Positions 17,088 through 27,018 of a DNA stretch of 64,000 nucleotides are shown one piece after another. Each line of letters starts with the position of its first letter. Within the stretch, counting starts at the first letter, position 1. A program made the position numbers and the translations under genes. The DNA is from Candidatus Latescibacterota bacterium (GTDB lineage: Bacteria; Latescibacterota; UBA2968): positions 32,001 through 96,000 of the forward strand of contig OZ242195.1 of NCBI GenBank assembly GCA_965205975.1, in the 5' to 3' direction. The notes beneath the pieces were generated by a model. That model was not told where the DNA came from, searched no databases, and was given only the letters and a program-made list of their open reading frames with translations.

Positions 17088-18125
17088 TCACTCTCCAAAC
17101 CACCGCTCAAATATTTCTGTGTAATTGTCTTTTGCCACGCCTTTTTCCGTTATGATCGCCGTGACGAGATTGTTGGGGGTCACGTCAAAGGCGGGATTGT
17201 ACACCTGGATGCCACTGGGCGCGGTTTTCCGGCCCATGCCGTGTGTGATTTCTTCTGTTTCGCGCTCTTCTATGGGAATTTGCGCGCCAGTGTCGCGTTT
17301 CATGTCAATGGTAGATAAGGGTGCGGCCACGTAAAAGGGCACTTGATGCGCTTTGGCCAAAATGGCCAGTCCATAGGTGCCGATTTTGTTGGCTACGTCT
17401 CCGTTTTTGGCAATGCGATCTGCTCCGACAACGATGCTGTCGATGTTTTTTTCGCGCAGCACCGCAGCGGCCATGCTATCGCATATTACGGTGACATCTA
17501 CACCGCTTTGATTCAGTTCCCACGCCGTGAGGCGCGATCCCTGTAAGAGCGGGCGGGTTTCGTCGGCATAGACCGCGACTTGTTTGCCCGCTTCAACTGC
17601 GGCGTAAACCACTGCGAGGGCTGTGCCGTAGTCAGCGGTGGCCAGGCCACCCGCATTGCAGTGGGTCAATACAGTCGCTTGCGAAGATAGCAATTCTGCA
17701 CCATTGCGACCAATTTGGCGACATATTCGTTTGTCGTCTTCAAAAATTTTATGGGCTTCTTTGAGCAGGTGATTGCGTTTTTCAGCGGGTGAATGATTAT
17801 CTGCTTTGGCGAGGACCTTTTCCTGGCGATCGAGTGCCCAAAAGAGGTTGACGGCTGTGGGACGCGTTTGCGCCAATTTTTGAATGCTTTCTGCGACATA
17901 CCGATCAAAGTCGGCATGTCGCGCTATGGCCTCTTGCGCTGCAATCACGACGCCATAAGCAGCCGCTACGCCAATGGCTGGCGCGCCGCGTACCCTCAAG
18001 CTGACGATGGCCTCTGCCACTGTATTGACGTCGCGGCAAGTGATAAATTTGTACTTTTCGGGCAATAAGGTTTGGTCGATGAGGCGCAGGGCATCATTTT
18101 CCCATGTGATGGTTGGTACGGGCAT
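17088..18125 (-). CDS. mtnA: S-methyl-5-thioribose-1-phosphate isomerase
   Basis: VRGAPAIG, RPTAVNL, THCNAGGLAT, ETRPLLQG, NKIGTY, NPAFDVTP. Confidence 0.96.
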   Translation of the reverse strand: MPVPTITWENDALRLIDQTLLPEKYKFITCRDVNTVAEAIVSLRVRGAPAIGVAAAYGVVIAAQEAIARHADFDRYVAESIQKLAQTRPTAVNLFWALDRQEKVLAKADNHSPAEKRNHLLKEAHKIFEDDKRICRQIGRNGAELLSSQATVLTHCNAGGLATADYGTALAVVYAAVEAGKQVAVYADETRPLLQGSRLTAWELNQSGVDVTVICDSMAAAVLREKNIDSIVVGADRIAKNGDVANKIGTYGLAILAKAHQVPFYVAAPLSTIDMKRDTGAQIPIEERETEEITHGMGRKTAPSGIQVYNPAFDVTPNNLVTAIITEKGVAKDNYTEIFERWFGE

Positions 18126-18141
18126 TGGCCATCTCCAGTTG

Positions 18142-18525
18142 TCACGGGTCGCGGATTAAATTGTCTATTACTACATCGTCCTCAATACGCTCTATTGGCG
18201 CGTCGCGCCACAGGCGTTCCAGACCGTAAAATTGGCGCGATTCTTGTTGAAATATATGTACGACAATGTCGAAAAAGTCGATCAGTACCCATTTCCGTAT
18301 ATCATATCCTTCGACCTGATAAGGGGGTTGCCCTTCTGCTTTGAGACCCTCGATTACCGCATCGGCTAATGCGCGAACATGCACATCGGATGTTCCCGTG
18401 CAAATGATAAAGTAATCGACAAAGTCGGCTGTTTGGCGCAGGTCAATGGCAATGAGGTCTTCTGGTTTGCGCGATAGCAACTGTTCAATACAGGCACTGC
18501 GAACGTTTTCGGTGGTATCTGACAA
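18142..18525 (-). CDS. rsfS: Ribosome silencing factor
   Basis: DYFIICTG, WVLIDF.DIVVHIF, RQFYGLERLW; TTG start with AGGAG. Confidence 0.93.
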   Translation of the reverse strand: MSDTTENVRSACIEQLLSRKPEDLIAIDLRQTADFVDYFIICTGTSDVHVRALADAVIEGLKAEGQPPYQVEGYDIRKWVLIDFFDIVVHIFQQESRQFYGLERLWRDAPIERIEDDVVIDNLIRDP

Positions 18526-18535
18526 ATTGAAACTC

Positions 18536-18952
18536 CTATTTAAATATTTCCAGTCCGCGATAATCTCGCCCAATGATAACGGTGACTTCCTCGATGCGAA
18601 AGGGATCGGGTGTTTTTTGCTGGATCACATTGGGCGTACCGAGCACATCCGCGACTTGCTGGGCATATTCTATTTTGCCCAGGCGGTCTATGACAATGGT
18701 CTCGGGAAAGTTGAAATTTTCAGCATTGCCCAGGGTCATGACATCTATGCCAAAATCGCGTAGTTTTTGCCCGACCTCGGTTGCAATGCCGCCTGTACCA
18801 CAGCCATTGAGAATTTCAACGCGAATATTGTGAGAGATCTGGGGTGCTTCGGGCACGACATCGGGCACCGTTTGCGGTTCCCAATAGGCTTTTGTTGCAA
18901 AGACCAGACCGACGATGAGCAGACCGACGAGAATCCATAACCAGCGTTTCAT
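18536..18952 (-). CDS. LytR C-terminal domain protein
   Basis: N-terminal TM, VEILNGCG..G.A, VTVIIGRDY. Confidence 0.85.
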   Translation of the reverse strand: MKRWLWILVGLLIVGLVFATKAYWEPQTVPDVVPEAPQISHNIRVEILNGCGTGGIATEVGQKLRDFGIDVMTLGNAENFNFPETIVIDRLGKIEYAQQVADVLGTPNVIQQKTPDPFRIEEVTVIIGRDYRGLEIFK

Positions 18953-18970
18953 GTTGATAAATATAAGGAT

Positions 18971-19009
18971 AAAAAAAAAGGGACGCCAGTCTTACGCGCT
19001 GGCGTCCCT
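18971..19009 (-). terminator. Intrinsic terminator
   Basis: AGGGACGCCAG/CTGGCGTCCCT stem with a T9 run on the minus strand, after gene 19029-19490. Confidence 0.8.
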
Positions 19010-19028
19010 ATCTGTTAATATCGCGCTT

Positions 19029-19490
19029 TTAATAGCGTCTGTATCTGTCGTTGTAATAATAGGGATAGCCATTGAAGGTGCTGAATCCAAATTCGATGCG
19101 AATATTGGGCTTGGGCTGGTACAAAAGGCTGACATTGGGAACGACGACTTGAACGCCACCCGATGAGGTCGAACCGTAGCGCGTATTACCCGACATTTGA
19201 TTGACCAGGCCAACTTGCGCTCTGACGATGAGCGGTTTGGATATCTGGTAGGTGATGTCGTTGAGATAATACTGGTTCAGGCCACCGCCATATCCCGAGC
19301 TGTAACTGACCCCAATGGTGTGGTTAAATTTGAGCTTTTTCAGGTCGAACAAACCGCTGGTGGTTTTTAACCCGTTCACGAGGTTTTCACCTGCGAGCGG
19401 AATTTTGTTTTGCGGCTGAATGCCAATGTCTGCCCGTGCCTGTGTCGCAATCAAGGCTACAACTGCAAGTGTGCAAATCCATTTGTGCAT
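19029..19490 (-). CDS. Secreted hypothetical protein
   Basis: Signal peptide (ARA-D), RBS, beta-rich 153 aa. Confidence 0.7.
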   Translation of the reverse strand: MHKWICTLAVVALIATQARADIGIQPQNKIPLAGENLVNGLKTTSGLFDLKKLKFNHTIGVSYSSGYGGGLNQYYLNDITYQISKPLIVRAQVGLVNQMSGNTRYGSTSSGGVQVVVPNVSLLYQPKPNIRIEFGFSTFNGYPYYYNDRYRRY

Positions 19491-19604
19491 GTATAAAACC
19501 CCCTTTCCGTTATGAACAGGATACAGAATCTGAGATGGGATGTCAAGTGTTCTATTTTCTTAGACACCTGAGCCTATCTATGTGTTCCACAATAGAAATT
19601 GCGC

Positions 19605-19633
19605 TTGAAAGCAAGGGGTGAGATGGCTATACT
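19605..19633 (+). promoter_or_regulatory. Sigma70 promoter of the TA operon
   Basis: TTGAAA-17 nt-TATACT. Confidence 0.65.
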
Positions 19634-19663
19634 TATGTGTGTTCTACGAGAAAGGAGAATGAC

Positions 19664-19939
19664 ATGGCAGAACAAATATCTACAACAGACGCACCTCTAT
19701 CGTGTCCGACGTTAGAAAAATTGTCGAAGGAAGAGCAAGAGATGTTATTCGATGCTTTTGAGAAGGCTATCGAACTGGCAGAAAAAGCAGGTTTCTCAGA
19801 AGCTGAAATTTTTCAGTTTCTTGAAGACGTGATCGATGTTCGTGCATCTGAACAGATCCTGGATAAGATGGAGAGAACCGGAGAGAAACCAATGACTCTG
19901 GAGGAGTTCAAAAAAGAATTGGACATGCAGAGTGAATAG
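19664..19939 (+). CDS. Putative antitoxin of a RelE/ParE toxin
   Basis: RBS AAGGAG; acidic; LEDVIDVRA...MTLEEFKKEL tail; overlaps the toxin start. Confidence 0.75.
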   Translation: MAEQISTTDAPLSCPTLEKLSKEEQEMLFDAFEKAIELAEKAGFSEAEIFQFLEDVIDVRASEQILDKMERTGEKPMTLEEFKKELDMQSE

Positions 19940-20201
19940 GGCTTATACGGTTGAAATTACATCTGTTGCTCGACGTCAGATAAGGCACTTATCCAGATCC
20001 ATGCAGGATAGAATTATTTCTCGACTGTACGCTTTAGCTGATAATCCACGCCCACCGGGTGTTATCAAGATGAAAGGTCGCCGCAGGCGTGATGAATATC
20101 GAATACGAGTGGGGAATTATCGCGTGATCTACCAGATTAACGATGATATGCTGGTTGTGTTGATTGTTCGTATAGCTGATAGACGGGAAGCATATAGATA
20201 A
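19932..20201 (+). CDS. RelE/ParE family toxin
   Basis: YTVEIT...LADNPRPPG..K...YRIRVGNYRVIYQI...IADRREAYR. Confidence 0.9.
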   Translation: MNRAYTVEITSVARRQIRHLSRSMQDRIISRLYALADNPRPPGVIKMKGRRRRDEYRIRVGNYRVIYQINDDMLVVLIVRIADRREAYR

Positions 20202-20251
20202 ATAGATGAATATCCAACGCATCTTCGCACTGCGCATCAACAGGTTCGCGC

Positions 20252-23200
20252 CTACAAGGGTGGCGATAAAGAGAGCGGAGAGGGGTTTTTCCTTTCTTCA
20301 GAAAAATACATCGCCTTGAATCGTTCCATTTGTTTGATTTTATCGATCAGAACTCGTTCGTGTTGCGAACTCGCCACATTCCGGACAAGGAACTTGGCAT
20401 CCACATCAGTCAATCTTAGTACCAGGTAATTCGCAATAGCTGAAAAAACAGAGACGTTGAAGTCCTTTGCTTCCTGTGAGGCAAGTACCAGCGAAATACC
20501 GTATTTCCGACATTCCTTGGCCATGGTAGGGATAAGTTTGAGGCCCGCGGCGCGGTGTGCCTCGTCGAAGATCAACGCATGAGTGACGCGATCATGGATG
20601 CCTCGTCGAAACATGTCCTTATAAAGGCTATAAAACACCAATGAGGCAAAAGCCCGTTGAAGGTTATCATTTTGTGTTGTGTGAATACGAATGACTATCG
20701 GTTGTTCACTTTCCCATAAACTGCTACGCGACTCACGGAGATTAAAGAATCCGTAGTCTTCAAGTTCTTCCAGACGAGCAAGTAATGTGGCCAATCCACG
20801 GTCCAGTTTCTCGTCACGCAGAATCTCAACGAAACGGCTAAACGACGGCTCTTGTAAATCTGTGGTGCCTGCGTTGGCATTTCCCCACCCTGCTTCGGTA
20901 AAGCTGTCTTTGATTGCCCTGCGGATACGCTCGGTCTGAATGTCGCCGAGTTCTGGATAAATCGCCGCGAAGATGTCCCGTATTGCGCCTGCCACGTCGA
21001 GATGCGCCATACGGGATTCCCGATTTACTACCTCTAGCGGGTTGAAACCCAGACCATCAAAATCGATGAACCGAACTGAATCAACCGACTGCTCGAGTTT
21101 CTCGTCAATGTCCTGATGGTAGGAGAAGATGATCGGGCAGATTTCTGCTGCGACCATCTGCTGACACAGATTCAGAAGGCAGGTGGTCTTGCCCATCCCC
21201 GGCAATCCCGCGATTAGAAGATGGGGGTTGCCCTTTACTGTTAGCGGCCAGTCAACTTTTGCATTTGTAATGGAATCTGTTCCCAAATAGATTGAGGGCA
21301 CAGTGTCAACGGAGGCTTCTACACGTTCAACCGATATTTGTTGAGAGTCTATACTGTCCTTGGATCCATCATCGGTCCGTTCTGACGATGAGCGGGTTTC
21401 AGGCTCAGAGTTATTTGTGGGTAAACTAAAGCCCGAATCAGGTAAAAGACTGGGGCCGAATAGGAATGTCTCAGTGTTCCAATTGTCGGGAGAAATTTTC
21501 AACGGACTCGCCCCAGCATACTCGGGACAAAATATCCATCCTCGATCTCCATTTTCGTCTATATTCAGTTTGTAGTCACTACCTTTTCCAATCATGCGAT
21601 TGATCTCTGACACGAGTTCGGTATGACGTACCGAGGGCAAATGGTGTCTGCGTGCCTTATCCACATAAAAGCGCAGTACACGGGCGAGCTTGGCGCGACG
21701 AATTGCTCGAAATGCAGAGCACCCTTCATGCGAATACCAATCATTCCAGCGTTTGCGCATTCCCTCAATCTGATCTCGAACACGACTTAAGACATCCGGG
21801 GATCTCGCAGCACGTAGATCTCGACGGTATTTGACCTCAATGAATCGGAATATCAGTCCTTTTCTCGGTGCCGTAGTCACATAAATCAGATCAGGTCTCA
21901 CATTCTTCTCTCCAACATCCTTGTCCTTCAACGGTGGCAACAGGTCTCGAACATCATCTACGGGAACAATGAAACCGCGTTTTAGCGACAACCAGCATGG
22001 ATCTTCTCCGCTCACCTGTCTGCAATTTGCCTGCGAAAAAGCGAGTGCGATCAACTCCGAAATCGGTGGTTTGTCTCCGGTTAGGCGAATAGCGAGCCGT
22101 CCGCTGAGAGCCTTTAAATGCTCAAGTAGAAACTCCGCATTTCGACGGCTACGACTCAGCCCCATCTGGTCTAAGGCGGCATCGAGCAGCACGCGCACCT
22201 CATCTAGGTTACTGGTAGAAGTGATGAGTTGTAAGCAGCCCAGGTCTTCCCGTTCTGGAACGCAATTGATCACGTAAGCATCGTAGATTTCCCCATTATC
22301 CCGAGGAGAATCAAAATATTCGATGCCAGCGTTCCGATCCAGCGTAATGACCCAGTCACAAAGCCGATGGAGAGCCTTGAGGTTGTCCGCCTTTTCCGGT
22401 GAGATTGCTGTGTGTAGCACCGGTAGCTTTCCATTTTCAGCACCGACATGGTGTGCTACAGTGCTTTGTATGGCGTGCTGCAAATGCGTCAGACGTTCGG
22501 TATGCCTGCGCTCTGATGGGTGCTTCTCGCCATCTGTTGCCGGTGGAATCGTATTATGCCACATCGGCGTGGGCTTTGTGGTGAAGTCGCGCTCGTAGAA
22601 GGAAAGTAGGCCGAATGCGTGGAACGGACTATCGCCCGATGGTTTCTGTTCATCCGATGCAACTTGCGACTCGAACGTATCAAATGCGATGGCAACATGG
22701 GCGGCGGTCTCAGGCTCAGATTGATCTTTCCGTGCCCAGCGTAATCTGGGCATGTTCACCCCGCCGGGCAGACTCAAGGATTCGAGCATCCATCGATCAT
22801 CAGTTGACACTACACCAGCACCACTGCGCCGCCGTTCCCGCGCCTCGACGATGAATCTGCCTGCGATTCCTTGTTGCTCCTCGGACGGATACATCTCCAG
22901 CGAAAAGACAGGTGCTTCTCGCGATTCTTCCTCTGAATCAACAGATAGCCCATCCTCGTCATCGGCTCTGTGCAGATGGTCGTGTACATAGCCCAACGAC
23001 CTGGCAATAGTCAGACCATCTCCCGCTCGAAGCGCGTGAACGTGAAGTAGCCGAGATGTGTTGTGGCAATCCAGGTACTTGACTATCTCGTCACCAACTA
23101 CCCTTGCGCTTTGTCCCCCTACCGTTGGAGCGTTGTCCATTGATTCGCCTTCCCCCAGCGCACGCGCAAGAATTGCTACAGCAGCTTTGGGTTCCTTGTC

Positions 23201-25198
23201 AGTGTCGGAGACCATACCGACCGCATGAAAGCCGAGGGTGTCCGCAAAAACAAACGATCCGCCAGCCAGATTTGGGAGAAAGGCAGGAAACATGGCACCG
23301 TCCAAGCACTGAAGTTCATCCCTTATGGCTTTCGCCTTTTGATCCTGCTCAAAGGCCGCGTGAAGAACGAGGTTGTCATAAGCGGCATGCCACGCAACGC
23401 GCAACGGGTGCATTGGCAGGACGATCAAGCCGATCGTTCGCCCTGCAAGGGACTGCACCTCCACGGTATTACATAATACCATGGATGGGTCACCGCTCTC
23501 CAGTAAGTGAGTCCAGGCGCGTATGTACTCTTTAACCGAATCAAATGCCTTTGTCTTATCGTCATAGATGTAGCCTACCACACTGTTGCTCTTACAGACG
23601 CAGTCGGCCAATTTCCGGCTCGCTGCGATGGCTCGATACCATGCTTTCCCATTGCCTTCACAGCGAATGAAATCCACTTCTCCCGCTTGGGCTCCAGATG
23701 CACGTACTTTAACGCGCCAACGCCCTGGTATTCCGGCCCTACCCATCCACTGCTTTTCTACTTCTCGGATTAGCGGTGGGCAAGACACGCGAAAACTCAA
23801 CCGTTTTGACGCCGTCGTGCGTAACAGCACCGAGTTGCCTTTTTCATCAAAGCTAAAACCCGCTGGATTATCGACGATAGCCGAGACGCTCTCCCTATCA
23901 TTGAGTTCGACCATCCCCTCACTAAAGGTGCGAACCTTTTTGCCAGCACCCCCCGCAGTCTTGTCAGGTGGCTCGCCAAAGCGAATGAAGAATTCTTCGC
24001 TCTCTTGAGATTCAACCACATCGTTACCAACAACGGAAACCACTACCTTGGCAGAGACGAGAGAGTCTTCATTTGACAATGGGAAGTCGTCGTTGCTGAA
24101 TCGGCACTTCTCCTCCCTTTTTCCCGAATGGACCACTTCGCGTACGGCAAGTTCTTCATCCATGTCTGTCAGGATGGCAATATGGTACTCAACGGCATTT
24201 TTTTCTAAGTTGCCAGGCCTTGTCTTCCATCTGATTTCCAAATTCGAATAGGCAGCCGAAGTCTCGGGTTCTGGATCCAAAATTAGTTCTGGCGGTTCGT
24301 CATCGGGTCGTTCTCGCAATCCCGACCACTTGGCAATCGTCCCATTTCGGTTGCGCCAAGACACAAGTTCAATTGATTCGATGTCAGTTGCGTTCTCTAT
24401 CTGCAATGCGCCCACCCACAAGTGTTTCTTGTCTACCAGTTTCTCTAATGCTGGCAGAAGAGATTGGGTTTCCGCGGTGTGCAAAAAGCCTTCAAGATCG
24501 CGGCGTTGTTCATCTGTCAATTTGGCCAGCCGTAGCGATTCAATGCGCGCTGGGATAGTGAGACCAAAGGCTGCCGTTCCCAACAAGTGATCCACAAATC
24601 GGCGTGCAAAGTCCAACTCTTCCTTCGGGGCCGGTTCATCGAATTTTTTTACTGGCCACAGGCCGAGTAGGTGAAAATACGCACCGGGATGCCGTTTGTG
24701 CGCAGCAATCCGGCACAAGAAATCGAATACTGTCCAGGGTGAAATACTGTACTGAGTACCGAATCCTGCAGCTTTCTTTATCGCGTCTTCGGCATACTGG
24801 CGATCCGCGCGGGACAATTGGCGTGTCACCTCTGCGGCAGCCAGTCGTTGAGCTTCCCTAAACAGTCCTGCCTCATCAACTTCCCGCGACGCGCTGTAAA
24901 TGCCATCCATGCCAGCACCGGCACGATCTGTGTCCACCAGTAGCAAGGTTGCTTCGCCTTTCGTCTCGCGTACCTCGACAGCATGGTCCGCTGTAATAGT
25001 TCGTGTTTCGGCATTATCCGAATCCGCGACCCGTCGGATCTGCCAATCCTGTAGGCTGAAGTTCGCGTCCTTAGCAAGCCTTTCCACCACATCCGGCGTC
25101 AGACAACGGACGAAGGCCATAGCACCGGATTCAGCTTGACCCAGTATGTTTGAAAACGCATTCCCGAGTATTTGCCCATGTAATTTGGTCCACTCCAT
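20252..25198 (-). CDS. DndH/Mad8-like protein: large N-terminal region, PD-(D/E)XK nuclease motif, C-terminal HerA/FtsK-like ATPase
   Basis: RPDLIYV...FIEVKYR; GLPGMGKT (21185-21208), LIFDEAHR, ECRKYGISLVLASQ. Confidence 0.8.
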   Translation of the reverse strand: MEWTKLHGQILGNAFSNILGQAESGAMAFVRCLTPDVVERLAKDANFSLQDWQIRRVADSDNAETRTITADHAVEVRETKGEATLLLVDTDRAGAGMDGIYSASREVDEAGLFREAQRLAAAEVTRQLSRADRQYAEDAIKKAAGFGTQYSISPWTVFDFLCRIAAHKRHPGAYFHLLGLWPVKKFDEPAPKEELDFARRFVDHLLGTAAFGLTIPARIESLRLAKLTDEQRRDLEGFLHTAETQSLLPALEKLVDKKHLWVGALQIENATDIESIELVSWRNRNGTIAKWSGLRERPDDEPPELILDPEPETSAAYSNLEIRWKTRPGNLEKNAVEYHIAILTDMDEELAVREVVHSGKREEKCRFSNDDFPLSNEDSLVSAKVVVSVVGNDVVESQESEEFFIRFGEPPDKTAGGAGKKVRTFSEGMVELNDRESVSAIVDNPAGFSFDEKGNSVLLRTTASKRLSFRVSCPPLIREVEKQWMGRAGIPGRWRVKVRASGAQAGEVDFIRCEGNGKAWYRAIAASRKLADCVCKSNSVVGYIYDDKTKAFDSVKEYIRAWTHLLESGDPSMVLCNTVEVQSLAGRTIGLIVLPMHPLRVAWHAAYDNLVLHAAFEQDQKAKAIRDELQCLDGAMFPAFLPNLAGGSFVFADTLGFHAVGMVSDTDKEPKAAVAILARALGEGESMDNAPTVGGQSARVVGDEIVKYLDCHNTSRLLHVHALRAGDGLTIARSLGYVHDHLHRADDEDGLSVDSEEESREAPVFSLEMYPSEEQQGIAGRFIVEARERRRSGAGVVSTDDRWMLESLSLPGGVNMPRLRWARKDQSEPETAAHVAIAFDTFESQVASDEQKPSGDSPFHAFGLLSFYERDFTTKPTPMWHNTIPPATDGEKHPSERRHTERLTHLQHAIQSTVAHHVGAENGKLPVLHTAISPEKADNLKALHRLCDWVITLDRNAGIEYFDSPRDNGEIYDAYVINCVPEREDLGCLQLITSTSNLDEVRVLLDAALDQMGLSRSRRNAEFLLEHLKALSGRLAIRLTGDKPPISELIALAFSQANCRQVSGEDPCWLSLKRGFIVPVDDVRDLLPPLKDKDVGEKNVRPDLIYVTTAPRKGLIFRFIEVKYRRDLRAARSPDVLSRVRDQIEGMRKRWNDWYSHEGCSAFRAIRRAKLARVLRFYVDKARRHHLPSVRHTELVSEINRMIGKGSDYKLNIDENGDRGWIFCPEYAGASPLKISPDNWNTETFLFGPSLLPDSGFSLPTNNSEPETRSSSERTDDGSKDSIDSQQISVERVEASVDTVPSIYLGTDSITNAKVDWPLTVKGNPHLLIAGLPGMGKTTCLLNLCQQMVAAEICPIIFSYHQDIDEKLEQSVDSVRFIDFDGLGFNPLEVVNRESRMAHLDVAGAIRDIFAAIYPELGDIQTERIRRAIKDSFTEAGWGNANAGTTDLQEPSFSRFVEILRDEKLDRGLATLLARLEELEDYGFFNLRESRSSLWESEQPIVIRIHTTQNDNLQRAFASLVFYSLYKDMFRRGIHDRVTHALIFDEAHRAAGLKLIPTMAKECRKYGISLVLASQEAKDFNVSVFSAIANYLVLRLTDVDAKFLVRNVASSQHERVLIDKIKQMERFKAMYFSEERKNPSPLSLSPPL

Positions 25199-25199
25199 A

Positions 25200-27008
25200 T
25201 CAATTCTCCACTTCAGTCTCAAAGCGAGGCTTCAGCCGCTTCATTGCTTCTGCATCATTGACGCCCACTAAAAGTCCCAGATCACGCAGACGTCGCTCCA
25301 AAATCGCGCGATTCCTTTGCAACAATTCGTTGGAAATAGTCATCCCTGGTGGGGCAGTATCCACATGGAATCCATAGTGTTCGCGCAAAATTTCCATAAA
25401 CTCTTTGAACGAGAGGGTGCGAGGCCCCGATTTATTACCACTTCGTAACAAGTGACGATGGACAAGATAGTCCAGGACCGAATCGGTGAATACAAGAGAA
25501 CGCACATCGCGTTTGCGGCGCGTTGTACTTCCACTAAGACCACGCGTCGTCGCCCTTTTCGCCGCCAGCCCATTCGGACGCCCGGTGTGCAAGATTGAGT
25601 CAATCATTCCCATAAACTTGGTACGAGAGCTTGATCCTATGAGAACCATTAAACCATCGGCAAATCGCCAGACTGGATTCGGCTGATTATCTGCATTGCC
25701 AAGAATCTCCGCAGCATCGGCATAGTCGTTCGCTACTTCTGCAGCCAACTTGTTAGCATCATCTTCAATTCTGAACGAAATTCGTTGCGCTTCCAAGTGG
25801 CGATTGTGCAGCAAGTCCCCTAACAGATTTAGCCACTCGGTAGCATAAGGTCGGGTAGCAATACCCTGAGTTTTGATTTTTTGATTGTCCTGCGCATGAT
25901 AATCCAGCAGTCGCAGTGCCATTAGAATAGCGGGAAGGCGTTCCAAGCGCCGCATATGGTCGTCCATTGACTGCTCAGCTATATCCCGAATGCTGCGCTC
26001 TATCCCATTAGAGCAATCAATGAATAATGGAGCGGGTAACTGCTTCTTTTTTTCTGGAATGATACCCGTATCCGACCACCGTAATAATAACTCTATTGTA
26101 CTGGTAAGAATGGTCATCAGACCAATGGCAATACAGGACTCCAGCATTTCCACTAAGGCGTATCGCGGCACCAAGGCGGAGTATGAGCGCACGAAACGGC
26201 GAATGTCCTCGGAGAAGTTCTGCGCCGCTTGCTCGGCAATGGGGCGTTGATTGGAGATTGGGCCCGCTTCCCTACCACGTATCTTATCCGGTGCCCTTTC
26301 AAGTTGCTGAGCGAGTCGAACCATCAATAGTTGGTCCAATCCTACTAAATTGTTTTCCTCCTCAAACCGCTCCGATGCCAAGTCTCCTGAAAATTCTCCA
26401 TGGCGGATAACGCCTTGGCTAAAAGCATCCAACAAAACATTATCTTCGTAGTTTTTTCCTACGGGGAACCATGTTAGCTTCTTATTTTCGCTCAGCTCAA
26501 CGGACTCGCCCTTCTTTTGATCAGCCAGCAGGGCCACGATCATCTCGGGAACGTAGCGGAGGTTCACTACTTTTTCTGGTAAATCAATCCAACTCGCCAT
26601 ATAATGGGCTGGTGCAACGCGCTGGATCTGCTGGTCCCGTCCCAAACCGTGCTTGACATTTTCAAGGCAGAAACAGAGTAATAAGTCGCCAAGGATGGCT
26701 TTTTCGGGGTCGCTATTAAAACCGTCTAACTCTTCTATGTTGGAAAGCCTCTCTGCGATGCGCTCAATATTCACCGACCGTCTTATTTGGCTGGGCGATC
26801 CATTTTTGTCTCCAAAGGTCTTTAGAAAATTTCCAATACCTCTGCGTTGACCGAAACGGAACATGTAGAAAACAGCGGGAAGAATAGAAGATAATGCGAA
26901 ATCCTGTACCGAAACTGGCAGTACTTTATCGTAGTTACCAGACCAGATTTCTCGGGTCATTTTGCGGCCTAGAATATCATCAACGAGTGAGCGAGCAGTA
27001 TCGGCCAT
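25200..27008 (-). CDS. DndG/Mad7-like helical protein
   Basis: 602 aa, tightly packed between F-like and H-like genes; C-terminal LERRLRDLGLLVGVNDAEA. Confidence 0.65.
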   Translation of the reverse strand: MADTARSLVDDILGRKMTREIWSGNYDKVLPVSVQDFALSSILPAVFYMFRFGQRRGIGNFLKTFGDKNGSPSQIRRSVNIERIAERLSNIEELDGFNSDPEKAILGDLLLCFCLENVKHGLGRDQQIQRVAPAHYMASWIDLPEKVVNLRYVPEMIVALLADQKKGESVELSENKKLTWFPVGKNYEDNVLLDAFSQGVIRHGEFSGDLASERFEEENNLVGLDQLLMVRLAQQLERAPDKIRGREAGPISNQRPIAEQAAQNFSEDIRRFVRSYSALVPRYALVEMLESCIAIGLMTILTSTIELLLRWSDTGIIPEKKKQLPAPLFIDCSNGIERSIRDIAEQSMDDHMRRLERLPAILMALRLLDYHAQDNQKIKTQGIATRPYATEWLNLLGDLLHNRHLEAQRISFRIEDDANKLAAEVANDYADAAEILGNADNQPNPVWRFADGLMVLIGSSSRTKFMGMIDSILHTGRPNGLAAKRATTRGLSGSTTRRKRDVRSLVFTDSVLDYLVHRHLLRSGNKSGPRTLSFKEFMEILREHYGFHVDTAPPGMTISNELLQRNRAILERRLRDLGLLVGVNDAEAMKRLKPRFETEVEN

Positions 27009-27018
27009 TTTTCGTCTC

